Shown piece after piece: positions 40,717 to 53,625 of a stretch of 64,000 nt of DNA. Under the pieces are notes generated by a model, which was not told the DNA's origin, made no database searches, and worked only from the letters and a program-made list of their open reading frames with translations. The DNA is from Strigamia acuminata (Eukaryota), in the NCBI GenBank assembly GCA_949358305.1, contig OX442314.1, positions 17,422,001 through 17,486,000 on the forward strand. Reading direction: 5' to 3'. How positions within the stretch are numbered: position 1 is the stretch's first letter; every line of letters starts with the position of its first letter. A program made the translations under genes and the position numbers.

Positions 40717-43247
40717 TTATTCTTCTGAAGAACTAGAAGAAGAAGAACTAGAAGAAGACGAGCTAGAAGAAGAAGAACCAGAAGAAGAAGAACCAGAAGA
40801 AGAAGAACCAGAAGAAGAAGAACCAGAAGAAGAAGAACCAGAAGAAGAAGAACCAGAAGAAGAGGTAGATGAAGAACTAGAAGAAGAGTCAGATTTTTCA
40901 GAAGAAGAACCAGAAGAAGAAGATTCAGAAGAAGAAGAACCAGAAGAAGAAGAACTAGAAGAAGAACTAGAAGAACTATCCAAATAGTTTAAAATTATAA
41001 AAGAAAAAAAAATTAAATTAAACTCAAACATAATATTTGTAGTGAGCATACGAATATAATACCTGGGGTTTTTAGGCAAATAAATTTGACGAAAATCAAA
41101 ATGGTAGCCTCCTTTGTGTCGGCCTGTCGAACTTGTGCCTTTTGGAAAACCATAGTCCAAGAAAGATTTCACGAAATAGTATACGGAATTGACAATGTCA
41201 TCTTCAGTAAGGTTTTCTAAGAGTTTGCCTAGTTTTGCAACCCAATCTACTTCTGCTTTCTTTTTTTTGCCACCAAGTATACCTAAATTGGGTGAAAAAA
41301 AAATCATTATTTTCATTTAGATATGCATTAAAACCTCCTCTTGCCGATTGCCTTTTAAGTTTTTCTTTGATTGGTTTGCTGTGCGACCTTTACGGTTACC
41401 TTTGCGGTGTGGGTGAGTTTTTCCACGTTTACCATTATAATAATCTTAACACCGGTAGAAATGAGAATTGATATTTTAATTCTCGGTGAAATTTACACGG
41501 ATGAATTCAAAACGTTTTATGTATTTTTGAATCTGCTGTGTTTATGCTTAACACACAAGAAATAATTTTGGCTAAAATTCTTACACATTTTTTCATTTTA
41601 ACAATAAGTCGTGCAATTGCATATGCGAAGTATGTGCACAAGCGACATCGCGCTTGCGAATAACCACGATGCAAACGCGTCGCGCTTGCTCATACACACA
41701 TTATTTACAAGCGCGATGTCGCGAGTATTCATAAGCGCTACGTCGCAGTTGCAAATGCTATGCGTCGCTGCAGAGAATATCGCGCGTGGAATAGCGTGCC
41801 CTAATTTTTTATTTAAAAAATAGACATAGTGGTAGGACCATCCATCCTTTGATTCTGTAATTACCAAACTATTCCAACGTTAGGTTTGTTCAAAGTTTCT
41901 GTAAACAGCACAAACAAATGTAAAATACACGCCTAACTATGAATGTGTGTACGGCAATTTCGTTTTAGGGCCTCTTTCAGTTCAATCTTTTCTTTGGATT
42001 TTATGAATAAATGGCGCTTAAAAAGTTTTTCATTTTTACTCAATCAACGAATTGTGGCCCACTTATTTGAACACAATTACATGTATTTACTCACGTTTAA
42101 GGAGCTGAATGCTTCGTTTGAAAGCATTGTAACAGTTGGAAAATTTGACCCCTCGATTTAGCTTGCATAAACAATTTCAAAAACACACATGTAAGCGTAA
42201 CAAATACGTGATTTGCAGACGAAACAAAAGATACAGTAAGTGCCCTTGTGTGCAATTGACATTTTAGATTTTTGTGTTTTCATTTTTGAATTTGGTATTA
42301 AGATACCAGTATGCAGACTGTAGCTACTTACTGCTTTCCTAACCTTAGTTTTCCGCGAAAGTTTACAGCATGAAAAGTTTCAACAGCGAAATATTTCATC
42401 ATTTATTGGAAGCAAATTCCATAAATTATTTATGAAATCTTTTTTTTTAAATTTCTAAGTTGTTATTTATGTGCTCTGATAATTTTTTGTACTTACGACC
42501 ATGAAAATCTTCATCGCTCTCTTTCAGGACCTGTAAAAAGCGGATATAAGCATATGTGGGAAATGTGTAGCGCCTACACATATTTTGGCATCACTGACTT
42601 TGACTTTCTTTCCTTTTCCTTTTGCTTTTGCTGCCCGTCCTTGATTAAACTCCTGGTAAATTCTTGGAAAGGGTGGACCCTGGAAAGAATAATTAAAAAA
42701 CTTGCAAAGACAAGTATATAAATCACTAACTAAACCTCCAGCATCCTAGGAAGTTTATTTTGATCAAAACATAAGTAATCGAATTTTTGGGCAATTAAAA
42801 CTGAGCTCATTCAATAATTTGTGATGGTGCTGATTGTTTTCTTAAAAAATAATAAAGAATTGCGTCATAAACAAATAGCCTTCAACCGTCCAGCCAATGA
42901 TAACAATCTTCAATGCTTAGCTATGCCAACGAAAGTTTGCCTAGCTACGCCAACAAAAGTTTGCTTAGCTATGCCAACGAAAGTTTGCTTAGCTATACCA
43001 ACGAAAATTAAAAATATTGAACCAACAATAGAAGAATTTATGATTAATGGCTACATACCAGATCCGTAGCTTTGCCTGATACACCACTATTCTTCTGTGT
43101 GGATACATTCTAGCAAAAATAATATATACAATGAAGTGAATGAATTAGTTTTAAAAAGTATTGAAAATAGCAACTATTAGTCATTACTTTTGACAAAAAT
43201 CCAATTAAAACAGTCAGGAAAAGTGCTATTTGGATGTTCGCAAACAT
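40717..43247 (-). CDS. Secreted Ser-rich protein, paralog A; exons 43247-43188, 43109-43059, 42679-42599, 42530-42497, 41282-41063, 40975-40717 (about 234 aa)
   Basis: Signal-peptide-like exon MFANIQIALFLTVLIGFLSK, phase-consistent GT-AG junctions, last exon poly-Ser/Gly ending SSEE-stop; extra exons in the long 4th intron cannot be excluded. Confidence 0.7.
41621..41800. mobile_element. CpG-rich 180-bp insertion specific to paralog A, probable truncated MITE
   Basis: Missing at the homologous sites of B (~49435) and C (~54508); internal inverted motif gcgacatcgcgcttg / caagcgcgatgtcgc. Confidence 0.6.
42914..43005. repeat. 24-bp tandem repeat (gcttagctatgccaacgaaagttt, about 4 copies) in intron 2 of paralog A
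   Basis: Direct reading; homologous position to the 19-bp array in paralog B. Confidence 0.85.
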
Positions 43248-43387
43248 CCTGGTGGTTAACACATATGATACTATACTACCTTATTGTGAACTAACTATAA
43301 CTTAATGTTCCTTTGTTCCATGCATTCTTTAATTTTAATTTGAATATAAATTTTAAATACAAATAACACATGCTTTGAAGCGGATAA

Positions 43388-43396
43388 TTTTTTATA
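43388..43396 (-). promoter_or_regulatory. Candidate TATA box of paralog A (equivalents at 53434-53442 and 56492-56500)
   Basis: TATAAAAAA conserved 149, 149 and 132 nt upstream of the three ATGs; AT-rich background lowers specificity. Confidence 0.5.
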
Positions 43397-45858
43397 ACTC
43401 TTTATTAATATTTTAGATTTCTTGAAAAAAAAATAAACTATAGTATCCCCGAAATTGTAATACTATAAAACGGATATGTTTCACTGCAGAAATAATTTTG
43501 GTTTTGTGTACAATGATGTTACTTATGGTACTGCTGATGGCATTTGCTCCAAACAATACGGTTTCAGTGTTAATTACAGCCAAGTTCTTAATTTGCTGTA
43601 GTGACAAAATTCTGTGTAATCGCTGCAGTGAAAAGTGACAAAATTTAGAGCATTTATTGTAAGAATAAGATTGTTCGGAACCAATTGTATTATTTATTTG
43701 TTCTGAGAAATTTTAACATGCTGATCCGGTACAATTTCACTCATATTTGATTTATAGCTTTGTCTGCACTCTTTATGTCTGTAATATTAATAAACTGGAA
43801 TACACGTGGTTGTTTGTCGTCATCATTGATTGGACAATAAGTTGTACAAATTTTATGAGTTTGTATCTCGGACGACAGTAAATTATCAAGGATGGTAACA
43901 CTCAACCAAGTAAGTTAGCCTTACGTTCCAACAACACAATTACTCAGGCAGTTACTATATTCAATGTTTTTATCCAGGACCTATCAATACTGAAGAAGAA
44001 AAACAGTTGGAAACTTGGCATTGAGCGTCACCCTCGAATTTCGACAACAATGGAGGCTTGATCTAACAAAAATACTGTCAAAGAAGCAACAATTCAAATT
44101 GAATTTGTTCTGTCAATTGAGGTTGACCTATTTTAGATTTGCTTCATTTTTGCTGTTTATTTCTAAGCCAAAAATTAATAGATTTGGATGATTTTTTTTG
44201 TATGTTTCTGTTTTTTAGTGCGAATAACTTATCAATTCGACATGTCGTTTTTTTAATGAGCACAAAAACGATCTTGTGTTGACTTTTTCACAAATTTAGA
44301 AAACAGTTGGACAAAAATATTTGGAATTTTAAAAAATGATAGATAAGAGATACAGAACTCTAAAGCAAGTAGAACAAACAGCAAAAATATAGATTTAACA
44401 TTTCCAACCATTTCATCTGATGTCAATAGATAAGAAATAATCATTTTTGAAATGCTATCCATCAAAACAATCACACTTCACTGCCAGATATGATTCCTAA
44501 ACTAGAGAATTTCAAAAATCAATGCTGCTAAACAACTTTCTAATTTGAAATTAGTCCAAATGTCAGGTGATATTTGGGAATAAAGTTTAAAATTGGTGTC
44601 AGGCTAAAATAAATATAAGCTTGCATCACTTTAGTATTATTCTATACATTGATTGGCACTGAACTACAGTGACTGAAGTTATGTAATCATTCTAAGCTAA
44701 TCTCCAGTACAGTACGTTTACATAAATTAAGTACCATATTTCTTGTAGGCGGAGTTTTAGTATATTTTATCCTGTTTAGTCGAGGTCATAAAAATCGTCC
44801 CAGTCCAGCTTGAAGCTCACCTGCAGAAAGAGAGTTTTTGGCTTTATCCGCCAAGTAGTGCAAAAATTCACTGATATGTTATGACAAATTGACATTTAAA
44901 TGATGTCAGGTGCAGGTGATTGAGTGACATCATGTAAATAATGTGGGATATTTTATTCTAGATTTTGCATATATTAAATATTCGATGTAAAATAGGTTTA
45001 AGGATTTGTTTATTGTATTTTGGTAACAGCGCATGAGTTGCATATGTTTGTTGTTGCAAGTGTGCGTTGTTTTCACACAATTGGTTTCTGAATGCGTAAA
45101 ATGGTGTTGTTAGGAGTTTTGTCAAGTTGTGTTTACTGGGTGAATACTGCTAAATGCCTCACAAAGTGATAACAGAGGACGGTTGTGTTTTGGTGGTTGT
45201 GTGTCTGGAGCAGTGTGACCAGAAAGGCATTAAGGATTTGTGAAAATAGTGAAAGATTTCAAATAAAGCTTAAGGAAGAAATAAAGAGCCAACAATGGAA
45301 CAATAAAAGCTAAACCTAACGTGCTCTGTTTAATAGCGCGAATAACTCATCAATTCGATATAATCGTTATAACGAATCGATTTTTTGGGTCCCTTGCAAT
45401 TCGTTATACAAAGAGTTCCGACTGTATTGAATGTGGATCGGAAGTCATCTTTTTCGTGCAAAATACATCCAATTCTGTTTTACAAATACATTCCAGAAAA
45501 AACCATGAAAAAACATGGAAAAAAATACAAGGAAAATTCTTTAAATATTTCCTAAACAAGGACAATTACCTCAATATTTTGTACTCCGTAAAAAATTACA
45601 GTCAATGGAGATATTTTTCGTGTTAAATCAAAAGAAATCGTGTAAAAACAGAATTGTACAGTAATTTACTTTCTAAATTGTGTTATATCAGAACTGCAAT
45701 TATTCCAGAAGTGTTTGTCATGTTATGTGTGGGGGGTTATAAATATATTTTATTCAGTTAAATAACATTTATCGGTAAAAGATTTTGCAGTTAAATTAGA
45801 TTTATGTCATTTTAATTTTGAACTAATAAAACAAAAAAAATTATCTATTATATTTATC

Positions 45859-48800
45859 TTAAAATGCTCTGGTATTATATGTATCTTCGTATGCTCTGGG
45901 TTTATGTTTATCTTCATATGCTCTAGTATTATATGTATCTTCATATGCTCTAGTATTATATGTATCTTCGTATGCTCTGGGTTTATGTTTATCTTCATAT
46001 GCTCTGGTATTGTATGTATCTTCATATGCTCTGGTATTATATGTATCTTCGTATGCTCTAGGTTTATGTTTATCTTCATATGCTCTGGTATTGTATGTAT
46101 CTTCATATGCTCTGGTATTATATGTATCTTCGTATGCTCTGGGTTTATGTTTATCTTCATATGCTCTGGTATTATATGTATCTTCATATGCTCTGGTATT
46201 ATATGTATCTTCGTATGCTCTGGGTTTATGTTTATCTTCATATGCTCTAGTATTATATGTATCTTCATATGCTCTGGTGTTATATGTATCTTCGTATGCT
46301 CTGGGTTTATGTTTATCTTCATATGCTCTGGTATTATATGTATCTTCGTATGCTCTGGGTTTATGTTTATCTTCTAATGCTCTGGTATTATATGTATCTT
46401 CATATGCTCTGGTATTATATGTATCTTCGTATGCTCTAGGTTTATGTTTATCTTCATATGCTCTAGTATTATATGTATCTTCATATGCTCTGGTATTATA
46501 TGTATCTTCGTATGCTCTGGGTTTATGTTTATCTTCATATGCTCTGGTATTATATGTATCTTCATATGCTCTGGTATTATATGTATCTTCGTATGCTCTG
46601 GGTTTATGTTTATCTTCATATGCTCTAGTATTATATGTATCTTCATATGCTCTGGTATTATATGTATCTTCGTATGCTCTGGGTTTATGTTTATCTTCAT
46701 ATGCTCTGGTATTATATGTATCTTCGTATGCTCTGGGTTTATGTTTATCTTCTAATGCTCTGGTATTATATGTATCTTCATATGCTCTGGTATTATATGT
46801 ATCTTCGTATGCTCTGGGTTTATGTTTATCTTCATATGCTCTGGTATTATATGTATCTTCATATGCTCTGGTATTATATGTATCTTCGTATGCTCTGGGT
46901 TTATGTTTATCTTCATATGCTCTAGTATTATATGTATCTTCATATGCTCTGGTATTATATGTATCTTCGTATGCTCTGGGTTTATGTTTATCTTCATATG
47001 CTCTGGTATTATATGTATCTTCATATGCTCTGGTATTATATGTATCTTCGTATGCTCTGGGTTTATGTTTATCTTCATATGCTCTAGTATTATATGTATC
47101 TTCATATGCTCTGGTATTATATGTATCTTCGTATGCTCTGGGTTTATGTTTATCTTCATATGCTCTGGTATTATATGTATCTTCGTATGCTCTGGGTTTA
47201 TGTTTATCTTCTAATGCTCTGGTATTATATGTATCTTCATATGCTCTGGTATTATATGTATCTTCGTATGCTCTGGGTTTATGTTTATCTTCATATGCTC
47301 TGGTATTATATGTATCTTCATATGCTCTGGTATTATATGTATCTTCGTATGCTCTGGGTTTATGTTTATCTTCATATGCTCTAGTATTATATGTATCTTC
47401 ATATGCTCTGGTATTATATGTATCTTCGTATGCTCTGGGTTTATGTTTATCTTCATATGCTCTGGTATTATATGTATCTTCATATGCTCTGGTATTATAT
47501 GTATCTTCGTATGCTCTGGGTTTATGTTTATCTTCATATGCTCTGGTATTATATGTATCTTCATATGCTCTGGTATTATATGTATCTTCGTATGCTCTGG
47601 GTTTATGTTTATCTTCATATGCTCTAGTATTATATGTATCTTCATATGCTCTGGTATTATATGTATCTTCGTATGCTCTGGGTTTATGTTTATCTTCATA
47701 TGCTCTGGTATTATATGTATCTTCATATGCTCTGGTATTATATGTATCTTCGTATGCTCTGGGTTTATGTTTATCTTCATATGCTCTGGTATTATATGTA
47801 TCTTCATATGCTCTGGTATTATATGTATCTTCGTATGCTCTGGGTTTATGTTTATCTTCATATGCTCTAGTATTATATGTATCTTCATATGCTCTGGTAT
47901 TATATGTATCTTCGTATGCTCTGGGTTTATGTTTATCTTCATATGCTCTGGTATTATATGTATCTTCATATGCTCTGGTATTATATGTATCTTCGTATGC
48001 TCTGGGTTTATGTTTATCTTCATATGCTCTGGTATTATATGTATCTTCATATGCTCTGGTATTATATGTATCTTCGTATGCTCTGGGTTTATGTTTATCT
48101 GCATATGCTCTGGTATTATATGTATCTTCGTATGCTCTGGGTTTATGTTTATCTTCATATGCTCTGGTATTATATGTATCTTCATATGCTCTGGTATTAT
48201 ATGTATCTTCGTATGCTCTGGGTTTATGTTTATCTTCATATGCTCTAGTATTATATGTATCTTTATATGCTCTGGTATTATATGTATCTTCGTATGCTCT
48301 GGGTTTATGTTTATCTTCATATGCTCTGGTATTATATGTATCTTCGTATGCTCTGGTATTATATGTATCTTCGTATGCTCTGGGTTTATGTTTATCTTCA
48401 TATGCTCTGGTATTATATGTATCTTCATATGCTCTGGTATTATATGTATCTTCGTATGCTCTGGGTTTATGTTTATCTTCATATGCTCTGGTATTATATG
48501 TATCTTCGTATGCTCTGGGTTTTTGTTTATCTTTGTATGCTCTGGTATTATATGTGTCTTCGTATGCTCTGGTATTATATGTATCTTCGTATGCTCTACG
48601 TTTTTGTTTATCTTCATATGCTCTGGTATTATATGTATCTTCGTATGCTCTGGGTTTTTGTTTATCTTTGTATGCTCTGGTATTATATGTGTCTTCGTAT
48701 GCTCTGGTATTATATGTATCTTCGTATGCTCTGCGTTTTTGTTTATCTTCATATGCTCTGGTATTATATGTATCTTCGTATGCTCTGATATCAGAAGAAC

Positions 48801-51800
48801 TATAAGAGACAGAAGAAGAAGAGCCAGAAGAAGAAGAGCCAGAAGAAGAAGAATTATACAGGACATAAAATTATATTAGAAAAAAGAAATCATAATATTT
48901 GTAGTGAGCATACGAATGTGATACCTGGCATCTTTAGACAAATAATTTTGACAAAAATCAAAAACTTACTTCGCTTTGTTTCGATCTGCCGGACTTCTAT
49001 CTTTTGACAATCTATATTCTTCACTAAGGTTTTCTATGAGTTTGCCTAGTTTTGCAATCCAGTCTACTTCTGCTTCATTTTTTTTGCCACCAGCTTTACC
49101 TAAATTTGGTGGGAAAAAAATCATTATTTTCATTTAGATATGCATTAAAACCTCCTCCTGCCGATTGCCTTTTAAGTTTTTCTTTGATTGGTTTGCTGTG
49201 CGACCTTTACGGTTACCTTTGCGGTTTGGGTGAGTTTTTCTACGTTTACCATTATAATAACTTTAATAACAATAGAAATGAGAATTGATATCAATTCTCA
49301 TTTCTATTGTATTTTAACTCTAGATGAAATTTACACGAAAGAAACCTAAACATTTTTTTTGTGTTTTTGAATTTGCTATTTTGGCTGAAATTGTTACATA
49401 TTTTTTCATTTTAACAGTAATAAGGCGTGGAATTGCCTGAATTTTTTATTTAAAAATGAACATGGTTTTAAGATCATCCATCCTTTGATCCTGCAGTTAC
49501 TAAACTATTAAAAAAACACTGAATTTGTTTCCAACATTAGGTTTGTTCAAAAGTTTCTGCAAACAGCAAAAACTTATGTAAAATATACGCCTAACAATGA
49601 ATGTTTGCGCGGTAATTTCATTTTAGGGCCTGTTTTCTGTTCAATCTTTTCTTTGGATCTTATGATTAAATGGCGATTAAAAAGTTCTACATTTTTACTT
49701 AATCAACAAATTGTGGCCCACTTATTCGTACACAATTGTGGCCCACTTATTCGAACACAATTGTAGCCCACTTATTCGAACACAATTGTGCTTTTATTAA
49801 TGTTTTAGCAGGTGGATGCTTTGCTTGAAAGCATTGAAGGTATTATTCTACTTTACCGGCCATCTCTCAGATCATCTCCAAAATTGGGATGTACAGGTAG
49901 GGTGGGAAATCGAATGGCGTTAACGGTTTTGGGGGCAAACGGAAACGGATGCAAAAAACAGGAGATTAATGGCAGTAGGTTTATACTTGTTAGATTAGAT
50001 TAAGCATTGGAATCAAATGGACCATTGTTGCCGTTGTTTATTGTTATTGTGGTCGCAAGTTCCACAGCATTAGCGGGCAGGGAATTTAGGGGGGGGGGGG
50101 TGGCAGAGCGCCCTTAAATAAGAAAATAAAAAGCACGTGCATAACAATGCTGGAGAGAATGATGACAGCTAACAATAAAATTAAAAAATTGAAATAATGG
50201 ACCATATGATGTCAATCAAAAGTAGTATACAGTAACAGGTCGTTAATCTCCTGTTTTCCGGTTAGTTGTCTCTCAAAATTAATCAGTGAGGTCACGCTTT
50301 ATTGCACTCCCAAAAAAAACATGAACAAATGTCTGAATTCTGAAGAATGAATAGGCCTTCAGTTAAATGTTTACAATATGGGAATACTTAACAGTGCCCT
50401 TGTGTGCAACAGACAATTTTAAATTTTTGTTTTCATTTTTGTGTTTTTGGAATTTGGCATTAAGATGCCAGTGTGCAGACTGTAGCTACTTACCGTTTTC
50501 CAAACCTTTAGTTTTCCGCGAAAGTTTTCAGCTTGAAAAGTTTCAACAGCGAAATATATCATCATTTATTGGAAGAAAGTTCCAAAAATGATTTAATTTT
50601 TTTTTTTAATTTCTAAGTTGTTAGTTGTGTGCTCCGATAATTTTTTGTACTTACGGCCAAAATCTTCACTGCTCTCTCTGAGACCCTGTAAAAAACGGGT
50701 ATAAGCACATGTGGGAAATGTGTAGCGCCTATACATACCATCATTGACATGACATCTGTTTTTTCCGGTCGTTTATCACTATCCATATAAACTCTTGGAA
50801 AGGATGAATCCTGGAAAGAATGATTAAAAAACTTACAAAGCAAAGTAACTGAATTAGATTTTAAAAAGTATTGAAATAACAACTATTAGTTCTTTCGTCA
50901 AAGTGACAATTGCAATTGAAAAAAATTGAACACAAATCTAGTTCTGCCTTTGGTTTTATTTTGACCAAAACATAAGTAATCGAATTTTTGGGCAATTAAA
51001 CTAAGCTCATTCAATAATCTATGATGGTGCTGATAGTTTTTTTAAAAAAAACCTTGAAGAATTGTGTCATAAACAAATAGCCTTCGACTTTCAAGCCAAT
51101 AGTAACAACCTTCAATGCTTAGCTATGCCAACAAAACTTTGCTTTATGACGATCATGCAGTCGCTCATCGATATAGCGACAAATTACGCCAATAGATGGC
51201 GCTGGCGACCACAGGCGGCAAATTCAAGTAGAATTTGTCACTTGATATAAAACCACATAAAATGCAACTTTTATGTGATTTTAAGGCAGAGAGTCGACTT
51301 TATCTTATATTTATGGCAATAAATATAGATATTATGTTGTTTTGTGATAACTCTGCAAAGTTACCTCAAAACTAGGTTTAGGGGATTAAATCTCCCCCTC
51401 GCACCTGCTCCAAGCGTGGACCCCCGCGGATCAAGTTGAAAGACTTAATCCAAAAGTGTTCCTCGCTATCCAGTTCCTGTCCCGACCTAGCAGAGAGCTA
51501 TGGTCTGTCTTTTTGACCACCTGGACTGAAAATGTGTCCTGAGTATCCCATCACCTGGACCAGTGATTGGGGGGATTTGCAGGACCATTGCTCTCATTGG
51601 AGCAATGGCCAAGCTATTGTTTTCCCCGAGTATATACTTCCTCGCAACAGGAAGTAGCTTGCTCTTGACCAGATATTTTGACTATATGTTTTCTTGAGCC
51701 CTTTCTACTACTTCAGTGTTATGTTGATTGCGCAAACACAAGCTTGCCTGTTGATTGCGCAGCCAATGCCCCTTATACTGCGGGCCTATGAGAACATACA

Positions 51801-53293
51801 TGCGGCGCACACTTGACGTGGAGATGGGTGATATGATGCCTCCATGTCCGGGTGCCCGATGACGGCTGTGTGGCCGTGAGGAGATCAGGTCGCGGCGATG
51901 AGTAGTAAGAATCCCGTCGGGCCGGATATATTTCAACAAGTGTTCCACAAGGCCTGCCAGTTACAGTAAACCACGGCTGCCGAACAGCGTGTCGAAAATG
52001 TAACATTAGGGTTGAAATAACTAAACTCGGAAAAGTTTAGTTAGATTAAATCCCCAACTGGTTTATGTCACAACTCAGCATTGTGCATAAACATGGATAC
52101 TTCTTCCAGAACTGTGCAAAACTGAAGACTAGTTACATTAGCATTTACTTGCCAGTAAATGTGTAGCTAAATTGCCAACTTTATGTAAGCAGAATTATTA
52201 CGAGTATTTACTGAAAAGTAATACTCTAATAAATACATCCATTACACGGAACCAGAAGTTATGATTGTAAACTCGCAACAGTTTACTCTCATATGAAGAA
52301 CCATTTGACGTATCACACCAATTATAAATGTCTTAAAACATTTATAAGAGGTCAATTGGTAAATGGCTCTCACAAGCCATTTAAACCAATAACCGCCCCA
52401 AGTTTGTGGCGATGCAGATACAGTCAACCGGAAGTCCTCGGATACTAACCTTTTCATTACAGATTTGAACCAGACCCCGATGTACAATTAGGACCAAATA
52501 ATCAACCGATTCAGACGACATCTTACCCACCCGATGAAGCCGACTTGATATTATCATAGAGCCGTTTAGGCGACTGTATGTATAGTTAATTGACCAATTT
52601 ATACAGCCAATTGTCGGCATAGTTACTGTATAACTGTATTTTATGCAAATTGATTAATATAATCACTTTACGGTGATTATATTTATATATCAATAAATAT
52701 GTTATGTGTTGATAACTGAATGCCTCATTATTTTACCCAGTTCACACTTTAGGTTTTGTCAATCCTATCTCTCAACTACTGAATAGATAGACTAGCTTGT
52801 TATGCCAAAATACATATTTTGAGCGGATAGCGTCATCGAAAGGTCATCGTCACAGCTTAGTTATGCCTCTTATGCCATCGAAACTTTGCTTAGCTATGCC
52901 AACGAAAGTTTGCTTAGCCAACGAAAGTTTGCTTAGCCAACGGAAGTTTGCTTAGCCAACGAAAGTTTGCTTAGCCAACGAAAGTTTGCTTAGCCAACGA
53001 AAGTTTGCTTAGCCAACGAAAGTTTGCTGAGCCAACGAAAGTTTGCTTAGCCAACAAAAATTAAAAAATATTGAAACAACAATACAAGAATTTATGATTA
53101 ATAGCTATATACCTGCTTCTTCCCGAAGCCATAATTCTTGTGTGTGGATACATTCTTGTAAAAATAAAATACGCAAAGAAGTGGATGAATTAGTTTTAAA
53201 AAAGTATTGAAAATAATAACTCTTAGTCATTACTTTTGACAAAAATCCAATTAAAACAGTCAGGAAAAGTGCGATTTGAATGTTTGCAAACAT
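45859..53293 (-). CDS. Secreted Tyr-rich repeat protein, paralog B; exons 53293-53234, 53154-53113, 50810-50739, 50685-50655, 49099-48970, 48799-45859 (about 1090 aa)
   Basis: Same exon layout as A and C. The last exon is 2941 nt, open from SSDIRAYEDTYNT to RAF-stop at 45859-61. Its 3' flank (45765-45835) is homologous to the 3' flank of A (40575-40645). Confidence 0.7.
45862..48786. repeat. 27-bp minisatellite, 108 units, with an 81-bp higher-order period
   Basis: Unit variants atgctctggtattatatgtatcttc(a/g)t and atgctctgggtttatgtttatcttcat; first-to-last unit distance 2916 = 108 x 27, so no net indel. Confidence 0.97.
49711..49790. repeat. 25-bp tandem triplication (ttgtggcccacttattcgaacacaa)
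   Basis: Three copies here, a single copy in paralog A near 42052. Confidence 0.85.
51145..52854. mobile_element. Probable solo LTR (1.7 kb) in intron 2 of paralog B
   Basis: Absent from paralog A; ends TATGACGAT...ATCGTCACA (inverted, TG..CA with one change); 4-bp duplication GCTT at 51141-44 and 52855-58; AATAAA near 52693; no long ORF. Confidence 0.75.
52883..53055. repeat. 19-bp tandem repeat (gcttagccaacgaaagttt, about 8 copies) derived from a 24-bp unit
   Basis: Direct reading of the sequence. Confidence 0.9.
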
Positions 53294-53625
53294 CCTGGTG
53301 GTTAACACATATGATACTACACTACCTTATTGTGAACTAACTATAACTTAATGATCCTTTGTTCCATGCATTCTTTAATTTTAATTTTAACATAAATTTT
53401 AAATAAAAATAATGCATTGTTTGAAGTGGATAATTTTTTATAGCTCTTTAATATTTTTAATTTTTTGAAAAAAAAAATAAACTAAAATTGTAATACTATA
53501 AAACAAATATGTTTCAATGCAGAAATAATTTTGATTTACTGTATACAGTAACAAAATTAATCTTTTTTAGTAATATATTTATTTAATTCACTGGCAAACA
53601 TTGGGGTGGGACTGTCATCAGCTCG

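Noticed and set aside
40697..40987. Poly-Glu + strand ORFs here and at 53606-53842
   Set aside because: Antisense of the poly-Ser exons; GTG starts; flanking exon structure is on the minus strand
41398..42330. Additional exons in intron 4 of the secreted-protein paralogs (for example YYNGKRGKTHPHRK, LNRGVKFSNCYNAFKRSIQLLK)
   Set aside because: Phases are inconsistent between copies and parts are deleted or replaced in B and C; possibly relic exons but not supportable
46010..48805. 931-aa + strand ORF (SSYALVLYV repeats) and the CSGIICIF, MLWYY and PEHMKIHII ORFs
   Set aside because: Shadow frames of the 27-bp array. Several are broken by stops or are uniformly hydrophobic, and none connects to a promoter or exon structure as the minus RAYED frame does.
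52883..53055. CRISPR-like array (also the 27-bp array)
   Set aside because: Contiguous tandem repeats without unique spacers, no cas genes, eukaryotic context
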